Source: Stegostoma tigrinum | Taxonomy: Eukaryota | Direction of reading: 5' to 3' | DNA: 64,000 bases | Assembly (NCBI RefSeq): GCF_030684315.1 | Contig: NC_081381.1 | Span: 28,475,114-28,539,113 of the forward strand | Part shown: in pieces, positions 33,730-45,300 of the stretch | How positions within the stretch are numbered: position 1 is the stretch's first letter | How the letters are laid out: each line of letters starts with the position of its first letter | Notes under the pieces: generated by a model | The model's input: only the letters and a program-made list of their open reading frames with translations | What the model was told of the DNA's origin: nothing | The model's database searches: none | Translations under genes and position numbers: made by a program

Positions 33730-34062
33730 ATGTTACTGTAACATGGAAATTGTGTTTTTTTGAGCTTTAGATCGCGATTGTAACAGTTTCATGAGTATTA
33801 TGCTCTGTTAATATATGGACAACAACTAAATTCACAATGCTTCCCAAATAGTTTTTAAATCATAAGTTCAATAGGAGTACAGTCTAGTGCATTAGTGTTA
33901 GTGTTGGTGTCTTTTTTCCAACACAGTGAGTTACAGATGTTGCTGTTTGATTGTATCAATGTTTGGTGTTATAAAGTGTTGTTCATTATTAACAGCTGAT
34001 CTTCCATTTATTAGCCAAAACGTGCTATAATTGGTTCCAGCTGAAAGGAGTTTCTCCCATTA

Positions 34063-34163
34063 TATGTTCTGAGGAAGGATCATCAGACCCAAAACGTTAA
34101 CTGTTCCAGCAACTTTGTTTTTGTTCCTGATTTACAGCATCCGCAGTTCTTTCTGTTTTTATT
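34063..34163 (+). mobile_element. short Penelope-like pLTR (family B)
   Basis: GTTCTGAGGAAGG...CCCAAAACGTTAAC; 15-bp TSD GAGTTTC(T/C)CCCATTA. Confidence 0.7.
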
Positions 34164-34197
34164 GAGTTTCCCCCATTACTTGGTGTTAGGATATCTA

Positions 34198-34449
34198 GGG
34201 GCTTTCCAATAGTGCAGTGGTAGTGTCCCTACCCCTTAACTGGGAGGCCTGAGTTCAAGTTCCACCTGCTCCAGAGATGTATGATAACATCTCTGAACAG
34301 GTTGATTAAGAAAATAGGTGTTTGTATGTCAGGGGGCCCTCTTACGGCACAGATGGTATCTCTACCACTGAACCAGCAGGCCTGGGTTCAAGTCCTCCTA
34401 GCTCCAGAGATGTTTTTATAACATCCTTGAGTTGGTTGATTAGAAAAAT
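34198..34449 (+). mobile_element. tandem pair of ~120-bp tRNA-like short SINEs
   Basis: GCAG(A)TGGTA..TC(C)CTACC...GTTCAAGT...CTCCAGAGATGT..ATAACATC...GGTTGATTA(A)GAAAA repeated twice. Confidence 0.6.
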
Positions 34450-35353
34450 GGGTATTAGGATGTCTTGAACTGTTTATTTGAGAAAGAGGGAATACATTAT
34501 ATAGGTCATTGAGGAAGGAAGGCCTCACAGACTATAATGAGTAATTGCTTTAATTGTGTTGGCTGAAAAAAATAGTTGGTTAGGGCTTCTGTGAGAAACT
34601 CTGTTCTAATGTGCAGTGGAATCATTTGCATCACTTGATTGGGCAGATAGCCCCTCCAACGCTGTAATACTCTGTTCACTGCTGAAATATCACCCTACTT
34701 TTTATATGCTGAAGTCTTGGGCATAAGGCGCAAACTGTCAATCTTCCAACTCAGATCAGGAATATTAGCTCTGAATCAAGTCTGACACAGTATAAAGGTA
34801 AGCATATACATTAAACATGAAACTTAAGAATTTCCTCTGATTTAGAGGTGTGGACTTAAGGACCTCTAATAATTTGTCTCGTTTTTCACCGTAAGGAAAT
34901 TGAAAACAAAACTGCTGAAACACTAATGTATTTTGAGTATAAGTATTTTTGGTGCATCAAGAACATTATTCTCACACAACCAAGAGTTATAGATATTTTC
35001 TAATTAACATGTTCAGAGATATTATTACACACCTGTAAATCAGGTGGGACTTGAATCTGGGCCTGCTGGCTTAGGGACAGGGACACTACCACTATGTCAT
35101 AATACCTTTTTTCAACCAAGAATTAGAAAGGAACGAAACTAGTAAAGTTTATGATATTTTGACCAACTCGCTTATTTCTGCAGTGTAAGTTTTACATAAC
35201 TAATAATGTAACATTCCCATTTAGCTCTTTTAGCAGTATCTCTTAAGTGTTTAACTGGAAAGAGGGCTGAAAAACTGAGTACTTTGACTTAATCGAAGTT
35301 GGTGAGAGATAACAAATATGATGTTGCTTTATTGCAGGCGAGGGCTGGTTTGA

Positions 35354-35520
35354 GATAGGAGATAATGGGAACTGCAGATGCTGGAGAATCCGAGATAACA
35401 AAGTGTGGAGCTGCATGAACACAGCAGGCCAAGCGCAGTACCTTAGGAGCACAAAAGCTGACGTTTCGGTCCTAGACCCTTCATGGCCTGCTGTGTTCAT
35501 CCAGCTCCACACTTTGTTAT
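35354..35520. mobile_element. palindromic Penelope-like pLTR (family A)
   Basis: Inverted arms; 15-bp TSD CGAGGGCTGGTTTGA at 35339-35353 and 35521-35535. Confidence 0.75.
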
Positions 35521-35869
35521 CGAGGGCTGGTTTGACCTCTGTTTCAAAGGATTGTTATTCTTAAACGTTATGTGGTTGATTTACCATAATAATAGGGGGC
35601 TGAAAAGGTAAAATTGAGAGGACAAGTTAAAGAAGATACCTTGGAAATGCAGCTTTTACACACTAAATAAAACAGCGTGTGACGTAGGTTTTACCCCAGC
35701 CCCTCCCCCTCGTTTGCTAAAGACGAATTCCAGAGACTAGTTTTGTATTCCACGGACTATGAGGCATTGATTATGCGATGTTTGAAATAATTAAAATATA
35801 ATTAACAAAGAGCAATCTATTTCATGTCATAGAACTCAGCTGAAAATAGTAAAACTCTGAGCTTGCTTC

Positions 35870-36320
35870 GGATGAGATGAGGGATTTGAAACGGGTAAAG
35901 TTACTTCAGTTGCAGCGCTCCTCCACAGAACCAAGGCTGGTGTCTTCCGGCCGCGCCCACCAAGAATTGCACGCTGGGATCAGCGGACCGGACGACTTTG
36001 TGTGGCACGTCAACGGTAACGGTGTTAGGCCGCCCGGAGTCTTTAGAGTGTTGCACCAGAAGGGCTGCGGAAGATGGCGCTTAACTCGGCCCCAGCACCA
36101 GAGCCAGATCCGGACTGGAGTGCTGCGGTCCGCCCGCTTCTTGCCGCCTCCTATTCCACCTTCGAGCCGCGGGACATTTCTCAACTTTTCAGTTCAATCA
36201 TTAATAGGTAAAGTAGGATTGGGAACACGCCGGCCACCGGCCCGGGCGGGAAGGGTTCGGGTGCAGGATTCCTGGAAGGGTGGACCCGGTAATGAGCCCC
36301 GAAGTCTCGAAAGATCTCTC
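35870..36320 (+). promoter_or_regulatory. UBR4 CpG-island promoter and first exon region
   Basis: Local CpG enrichment; YY1-type AAGATGGCG overlapping the ATG. Confidence 0.65.
36074..36207 (+). CDS. UBR4: UBR4 coding exon 1
   Basis: aagATGG Kozak context; MALNSAPAPEPDPDWSAAVRPLLAASYSTFE...; donor GTAAAG. Confidence 0.9.
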
Positions 36321-39300
36321 TGTTCAGACTTGGGCTCCCTACGTTCGTTAGGATGGTGGGGGTGGCAGTCAGGGGAAGAAAAACAAGCGTAGAACCTTCT
36401 GTCTGTTGGAACAGCCGGGAACTTTCTAGTATCCGAAGCTCCGAGGGGGAGGGGCTGGATTAAAATGTACCTCACACCCTCCTTTTTTTAATATATTAAA
36501 ACTACATTTATGAAGCACCTTCATTTTAGAAAAGTATCTGAGGCGTTTCGTGGATTTCAGTGTTGAACCAGTATCCTCGTGGTAGGAGGTGAGCATAGTT
36601 ACTTTTACAGTATGGAAAGAGACTCTTGCTCCACCGTGTCCGCGCCGGTCAGCAAGTATCGACCGGTTCTTATCCCATTTTCGAGCACTTGGCTGGTAGC
36701 CTTGGATTCTGTTGCGTTTCAGGTACTCATCTATGTACGAATTAAATGTCTCGAGGGATTCTGCCTCTACTACTCCTTTGGCAAACAGTTCCAGATATCC
36801 AAGATAACAAAATGTGAGGCTGGATGAACACAGCAGGCCAAGCAGCATCTCAGGAGCACAAAAGCTGACGTTTCGGGCCTAGACCCTTCATCAGAGTTCC
36901 AGATATCCAGATGGGTGAAAAGACTTTTGTTTGAACCTCCTGCTCCTGACCTTAAAGGGGAATATTTTTCCCGACCTAACCCATGCCCCTCAGAACTTTG
37001 TAGACCTCAGTCGGATCCCTTTTCAATCATCTTGTCACCAAGGAGAATTAGCTGAATTTCCCCAGCAAAGGCAGCATTCTGGCGAATCTTTTTTGAACCT
37101 CTCTAATGCAATCATGTATTTTCTTTAGTGTGATGATCAGAGCTGCTGATAATACTTCTGCCTAAGGATATGTACAACTAATAACAACCTTGCTGTTGTA
37201 GTCAATGACTTGACATATGAAGGAAATACCCTTGTCTTGCCTTAATCATCCTTATCAACCTGTCTTTCTGCCTTCAAGGTTTTATAGATACACATCCCAA
37301 GGTCCCTCTAATCCTCTGTGCTTTCCAGGGTCCAAGTATTTAATGTGTACTCCCTTGTTAACCTTCTCAAATGTATCAACTCTGATTTTTGAGCGTAAAT
37401 TCCATATGTCATCTTGTATTCCAAGCTTTTCCTCGTTGCTGTTTGCCACGTGACCAACTTGAATGTCATCTGCGCATCTTCTGACGCCTTTCGATCATCA
37501 CTTTCTTTCCTGCCATTAAGCCAATTTCGATCCAATTGATAAATTACTCGATCCCGTGGGCTTTTAATTTAACCAGTCTGTCATGTGAGACATTGTCAAA
37601 AACAATATTGAGGTCCATCTAGATATTTTCTAATCAATCTGTTCAAACATATTATGACACATCTGGTGCAGGTATGACTTGAACCCAAACATCCTCGCCC
37701 TCCAATAGCACTACAAGAGTTCCACTGAAGTCATGTAAACTACATCAGTTGTCCTTCTCTATGCACCTAGTCACTTACTCAGACTTAAATTTCACTGGCA
37801 GATGTGGTGAGATTCGAACCCATGACCCCAAAGGATTAATTTAGGTATGTGGATTAATAGCCCACTGGCATTAGCCACGAGGTATATGTTTCAAATCAAA
37901 TTTTCAATTTTTAACAATGGATATTCAAAGATCATCTTAAAGGATGTCATACGTACTTAAGTACAGTGAAGACAATCACAACATACGAGGACACATCATA
38001 GGGTGATTAAACAGCACAAGGTATACAAAGTTACAGCTGAACACAGTACACAAAAGGAAGATCAACATTAGCTTTATAATTTGAGAGGTCCATTCAACAT
38101 CCTAATAACAGAGAAGCTGTTTTTTTAACCTGTTGGTACAAAAGGTTAAACACGTATCTTCTGCCTGATGGAAGAGTAAAACCAGAGTGGGAGGGGGCTT
38201 TGGCTGCCTTTCTGTGGCAACAATAAGTATAGATGGATTTGATGGTTGGGAGGTTGGCTTGTGTGATGGTTTGGGCTGTGTTCACAATTGTCTGTAGTTT
38301 CTTCTGGTCCTTGGCAGGGCAGTGCTATACCAGGCCATCATGTACCCAGATAAAATGCTTTCTGTGGTGCATCTGTAAAAATTAAGGAGGGTCCTTATGG
38401 ACATGCTGAATTTCCATAGCCTCCTGAAGAAGAAGAGGTGTTGTGCCATCTTGACTGTCGCATCTACATGGGAGGACCAGGATAAATTGGTTGTCATCAT
38501 TCCTGGGAACTTGACGCTCTCTGCTTCAGCTCTATTGATGTAGATGGATGCATGCCCTCCTTTCTTTGTAAAAGGTTGAGGAAAGGAATACTGGAGCTTG
38601 TGCTCCTCTGTTTGGGCGCAAGGGTAAGAGTATTTTTAAGATACTGGAGTCAGGAACTTTGGGCAAGTATAGTGTAGAAGTAGCTGACGTTTCAGGCCTA
38701 GACCCTTCATCAGAGAGGGGGATGGGGTGAGGGCTCTGGAATAAATAGGGAGAGAGGGGGACGCGGACCGAAGATGGAGAGTAGAGAGTTGCAATGGGAG
38801 AGAGATTCCCTGAGGTTGGTCCGGAGGGAGGAGGGTAACCTCTCTCCCTATTTATTCCAGAGCCCTCACCCCATCCCCCTCTCTGATGAAGGGTCTAGGC
38901 CCGAAACGTCAGCTTTTGTGCTCCTGAGATGCTGCTTGGCCTGCTGTGTTCATCCAGTCTCACATTTTATTATCTTGGAATTCTCCAGCATCTGCAGTTC
39001 CCATTATCTCTGATACTATTTTAACCTCACTGCGAAGCCTCTTCCAGGGATGCCTAACCTGAAGAAGTTACCCTCCTCCCTCCGGACCAACCTCAGGGAA
39101 TCTCTCTCCCATTGCAACTCTCTACTCTCCATCTTCGGTCCGCCTCCCCCTCTCTCCCTATTTATTCCAGAACCCTCTCCCCATCCCCCTCTCTGATGAA
39201 GGGTCTAGGCCCGAAACGTCAGCTTTTGTGCTCCTGAGATGCTGCTGGGCCTGCTGTGTTCATCCAGCCTCACATTTTATTATGTAGAAATAGCTGTCTG

Positions 39301-42300
39301 CCAGTTATCCACTTAGTTCAATTTATATCTGTTCTTTTAAAACCCTTTTGGTTTTAAACACCTCTTGTTAGGTCAGTGTCCTCAACTGAAAGGAGTTGAA
39401 ACCATGTTTGTGCAATCTCTTCACTATAATTTTGGCGATGTCAGAGTCTGTTTTGGTTTCGTGCTAATGACCCTACCTCTGAGCCAGGATATCAGAGTTG
39501 AGATCCTAGCTGCCCCAGACGTGTATCATGACATGTTTTATAAACAACCTGTTCAGACATCTATAAATGCGTTGCACGGGACTCCTTTTGTTGCATTAGT
39601 CGTATCTTTGCTTTTGAGTTAGCTATGGGTTCAAGCCGCACCTGCTCCATAGGGATGTCGCAGCATGTTTAAACAGGTTGATTAAGAAGATATCAAAATC
39701 ATAATATCTGGGGGCTCTTGCAGTGGTCGTGTCCCTGCCCCAGAGCTAAGAGGCCTTTTCCAGAGGTGTGTTGTGATGTCTCTGAATTGATTACAGATTC
39801 TCTAAACTGTGATGTCATGATATCCATCCTGGTAAATCTGTATTGTTTCCTTTCCCTGAGGTCTGTCTAAAATTGAGTGCAGGTGGAATCTATATTAATG
39901 AAACCTAATTTCTTCCCATTTCAGGTAAAGCTTACATTTCAATAGCCTGAATGATTTTCTGTTATTCCCATTGCTAACTTTTTTGCTATTTTTTTTCTCC
40001 TCTTGGGTACTCAAGTACTTTTGCTTCCCACAGTTTCTGATATTTCAACATGATGAAAATAGTCTGATTTGTCTTGTATGGAAAGAAAATGATCTCTCTC
40101 GCCTACTTTTAATTCCATTACCATTGGGTTTCCCCAATCGCTTTCTGTGCTTTGTGATGCCCTCTTTCCGTCAACACAGTTTCCTGTGCCTACTGTCTAG
40201 TACTAACCCAGTGTCGTCTGCACACTTGGATTGTAAGCTTTCTTTGCTTTGTCGCTCTTGTTGAGATGAAAATCCGAGGTCAGTGTCCAACTTCTCATCA
40301 CAAGGTTGTCTCTGATTTCCTAAAACTTATGCTGACCAGTCGTGTTGAAATCCCATTAGATATTTTCTAATCAATTCGTTCAGTGGTATTATGAAATGCC
40401 TCCTGTCTCAGAGGAAGAAACACTGCCACTGCACCATAAGGGTCATCACTTTTATTTAATATCATGTACCCCATTACATACAACTAAAATAGGTATTTAT
40501 TTTGAATTTCCCTATTTTAGTTGATTATCCCACATTAGTTTTCTTCTATTCGGTGCAGCACTCCTACAAAACGTCAGTGACCAGTTATAGTTTATAAAAC
40601 ATTACGTTTCTGATGTTAAATTGTGAGCAGTAAGCATCCCTGCACGCTAGGCCACTTAATGGTATAAACTATCGAAAACAATAGCCTATTGTCTTATTTT
40701 TCTGATATAGCTGAATAAAGCAGAAGATGCTGTCAGCTTCCAACATAGTTAAAATATGTGTTCGAAGAATGACTCTGAGTCTGTTCTAAACTAAAGTGGA
40801 TAATTAAACTCTTCTTTGGCTTCAAATTTTTGGAGTACTTGCGTTTTTTTTTATTTGCAGAATATATGAAATTACTGCTGTGGATAACCTGCTAAATGAT
40901 GGCAGGTTGAACACATGATGTGCTGGTGACAGCTATGGTTACATAATCCTAACTGAATAAAAACTAATAGTTGTGTGAATGTATAAGGAATATAAATAGA
41001 CTGAGGCTGGATGACTATGCATATAGTTCCTGTGTCTGTTCATACGCAATGCAGTAGCACTCTGGAATCCACCTCTGACTTGCAGTTTAATCTGGGCATA
41101 TTTTTTAAAAAAAAACACAGACCTCAGATGGTGAACCTTCTTTATCCAGCTTCTATAATGAGTTAATGATAGTTTATCTGTTTTGTTTTGTCATCCACTC
41201 AAACTGTTTTGGTGAATGCATTGATGAGGGAAGTTGTCTCACTTGAATTGTAATTGCTGTTCACAAGATTTGTTTTTGTGTACACTGTCAAATGGAAGTT
41301 TCTGCTGCTTTTCCTAGTCAAAATTTTATAGCTGGTTGAAGCTAAAACTTTGCCAGGTAAATTAGTACAGTGAGACATGATGTAAGAAGGCTAATTATCC
41401 TCTGGTTTGCAGTTTGAGCAAGAAACAGTAACTACAAGTGGGACAAACTGCACATACTGTAAATAGTCAATGTAAAATGCATGCTAAAGAAAAATGCATC
41501 AGTAATGCTTGTGTCAATATGGCACCTACTTTGTTTAAACTCTTCTTCGTATTTAAATTGGCTCAGTTGCCTTGGTTAAAGCCTTTTACTAACATCTTGA
41601 GTGGGAGTAAACATCCGATGGCTCTTTTTGAGTAAATATAGGATCATTCTCCTCTGAGACCTGGATGGTATTTTTTTTAAACCAACAGCATGAAAATAGC
41701 ACTCTGTGGTCACATTTTTCAAATTGCTTATGGGACATTTGTGTGAGATTGATTACCAGGTTTCTTCATTACAGCAATACCTGCTTTGTGCTAGAAAAGA
41801 GTTTTGGAAAATGCTGAGAACCACTATTCAGGCATAGGCTATTCTGTACATCCACTGTACCTAGTAAAGTACAGGCATTACCTTGATTTTTATTTAATTC
41901 ATTCTTGAAATATGATTATTGCTGGCAAAGTCAACATTTGTAGCCCATCACCTGCCAGTAATTAACAGTGTAGTTTGAATCCTTTAACCCAGGACATTGC
42001 CTTTTATTTTAGCTGCCATTGATTGTGTTTTCTGTGACACATTTCAGGAGTGCAACCCACTGAAACAGTCGTTGTAATCTTTGATCAGCTTTGGATGCAA
42101 TTCTCTGATCTGAGGCAACCAAACATCAAAAATTCTGGACTGCAAGTTTTGCTACAGTACCTCCAAAGGGCTCAAGGAAAAGTGCCGCATCAAAATTCAG
42201 ATAGGCGAGATCAGTGTTGTCCATTTGAAATTGCTCACAGGTCATTACACGAATGCTGATTTAGCCATTGGAAGCTGGTTTAAATTTTAAAGATTTTAGG

Positions 42301-45300
42301 TTTTTATTTGCTAAAGAGATCAAGATGTGGCAAAAAAGCAGGTTAGTGGAGTTGAGGTACATTTCAGCTTTGGGGAACAGGCTTGAGGATTTGATTGGCA
42401 GCCGCCTCTCATCAGACAAACAATGTAGGAACTGAACTGGGCCATTTGGCTTGTTGAATCTGCTGTGTCATTCAGTGAGATCGTAGCTGATGTGATGATT
42501 TACAACTTCACTTTCCTGCCTTTTCTCCATAACCTTAGATGTTAAATTAGTAAGGGAATCCATCTCCGAATTGAATGTGTGTAATGACCTATCTGATACA
42601 ATCCTCAGAAGAAATTCCTACTCGCTGCTGCCTTAACTGGACAAACCCTTGTTCTGAGAGTATGCTTCCCGGTTTTAGACACTACTGCAAGGGGAAGTAA
42701 CTTCTCTGTATGGAGTCTAGCCTACTCAATCTCTCCTCGTAAGACAGTCTCCCCGTATCTGGAATCTACCTAGTGAAGTTTCTTCGGCCTTTTCCAATGT
42801 AGACCTTTCCTTCAGTAAAGAGACCAGACTGCGGTATTCCAACTGTGGTACAGTTTTAGCTTGACTTCCCTATTTTTATACCCCGTTCCCTTTGCATTAA
42901 CAATATGCATTTGTTTTGGGAGATGCTTTACCAACATTACACAGTAGAGGTAAATATACTTTGCAGTTTAATGTTTTAATGTGCATACCACAATTCAGTA
43001 ACCACTCAATGGTTAAACTTATTAAAAATTTACAATAAATTCACAAATTAAGGTTCTCGTGGAAATACTGACATATGCCCAATGACACTTTGTTCCACAA
43101 GTTAGAAATGCATTGAACTGTGGCTGGATGTACAACTGTCCACATATAGCTCGATTTAGATATTCGTCAGCTTTCAGAACAGTTTGTTGAAAAAGGTACT
43201 TCAGGATCCATTGAAACAAGCCTGACATTGCCCAAACTTTAATAAAGACTTGTATCCCTTAAAAAGAGGCTACTTGTGTGATATTGTATTTGTTAAAGCT
43301 ATGAGTGTGAATATTAACTGAATTGCAAAAACAAATAGTGATCACTGGAATTTTTGCTGATGAAAACGATCACATTCCCATTGTTTATGTGCATATTCCC
43401 TGTCAGAAACCTGAACTATTATTATGTTTTTGTTTCAGCATAGATTGTAAGTAGGGGAACTTGCTTGAATAGCTCTGCCCTAGTTTTCATTTTGGCATGA
43501 TTACTGCACACACATCATAATCTGCAATGTAAGTGCACATGTTCAGCGAGTCTATTTTTAAACAGCCCTAGCCCCTCCTCACCCTCCCTCACCTCCCACT
43601 TGATCACCACCCCTCATTTGTACCTCTGTTTTTCCCTCCCTTTTCCTTGCCATCTTCCACTTCAGAGGGCAGGCTTGAGTGTGAATTTGAGAAAAGTGTA
43701 GGAAGCAGCAAGGGGGGTGAGGTAGGGTAATTTGAGATGAGCAGTAAATGCTAGTCAGAATCACCCATATTCCTTGAGGAAAGAAAAATAATTTACCTCT
43801 ATAGTGTTATGCACTTCCCGAGCCCAAATCAAAAAGCCTTTTAGCTGTTTGGCGTTATAAAGCTTAAACTGCATTATAACTCACTTCTAAGTTAGAAATG
43901 TTGAGTACCGAATTGATCCATTACTGTTATTTCTTTGGGGTTGGTTAGTTTATACTCATGTTGATTGGAAGTTTATAACTTGATTGTTTTGTGTTTCAGT
44001 GAGAAGCAGATTCTGCATCATGACAAACAATATGAACCCTTCTATTCCTCATTTGTGGCTCTCTCTGCACATTACATCTCAACAGTCTGTGCACAAAGTA
44101 AGTGTTTCTAATTGACTCTTCTTTCATTAATGCTGTTTAAAGTTGATAAAGAAACGAACGTTTGCCTGTATGAGAAGTCTTTAATCACTATTTTGAGCTG
44201 CTTTTGTGTTTAAAATCTCTTGAATCAAGGTGGAATTCAGGGTGCTACCATGATTGCGGCATAAGGAAGTGGTGTGATAAGAAAAATGTGGGCATTTGGG
44301 AAGTCTGCGTTTAACACAACAATATTTTTGCAGCACTTAATTGAACGACTCAAAATATACATGCTTTTGGATATATTGTTTCACACGGATTATAACAGAA
44401 TCATGAAATGATAGAGCAGAGAATGAGGCTCAGCATTTGCTAAAGTAAGATATCCATGTTGTTGTAGAAAGCTGGGTTTACTTTTTGAATGAGATGAAAC
44501 TAGGCAATGTTGCCCACCCAAGTAATCCCTTGCAGACAAAATTATCAGAACCAACTCAAAATGAACAATATTTCAAACCCAGTTTTAGCGTCAAGTTACT
44601 GGACTCTGAACGTGTGAACCAGGCTCAATCTTCTTGTGTTCTTATCTGACTTGACTTGGGGTGGCACCGTGGCTCATTAGTTAACACTGTTGCCTCAGAG
44701 TGTTGGGGACCCGTGTTTAATTCCACCCTTGGGTGACTGTCGGTGGAAAGTTTGCACATTTTACCTCTGTCTACATGGGTTTCCTCCCACAGCCCAAAGA
44801 TGTGCAGGTTAGGTGGATTAGCCCTGGTAAATTGCCCTGTCATGTCCAGGGATGTGCAAGCTAGGTTGAACAGCCATGGGAAATGTAGGGTCACAGGAAT
44901 ATGGTAGGGGGGGAACTGGGCCTCAGTGGGATGCTCTTCAGAGGGTCTGTGTGGATTTGATGGGCTGAATAGCCTGATTCCATGCTGTAGGAATTCTGAT
45001 GATTAGCTCTTCGAAAGAACTGACCAATTAGTCCCATTCAAGTATTGAGAGGATTGCTACAGGTTAGTCGAGAATAGCAACAGATTTTTTCATCTTTTAT
45101 TTCCTAAAATACTTAAGGTTTTGAAAATGCCAAGTCGCCACAGCTAATCTTAATTCCAATATTTATAGTTCCTAGGAATCAGCTGCTGTCTGTTGCAGCT
45201 GCATGTAAAGTCCTGATTGAATTCTCATTGATGCGCCTTGAGAATCCAGATGAAGCATGTGCCGTTTCACAGGTACTGATTTTAAAATCTCTGGTTGTCA

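Larger units (their letters stand above)
38683..39282 (+). mobile_element. non-autonomous Penelope-derived tandem element (310-nt unit, three hammerhead copies; retrozyme-like)
   Basis: Inverted segment 38683-38839, then a direct repeat with period 310; TSD TGTAGAA(G/A)TAGCTG. Confidence 0.78.

Noticed and set aside
35877-36392. 171-aa ORF over the UBR4 5' end
   Set aside because: Alternative frame across a CpG island; the UBR4-homologous frame starts at 36074.
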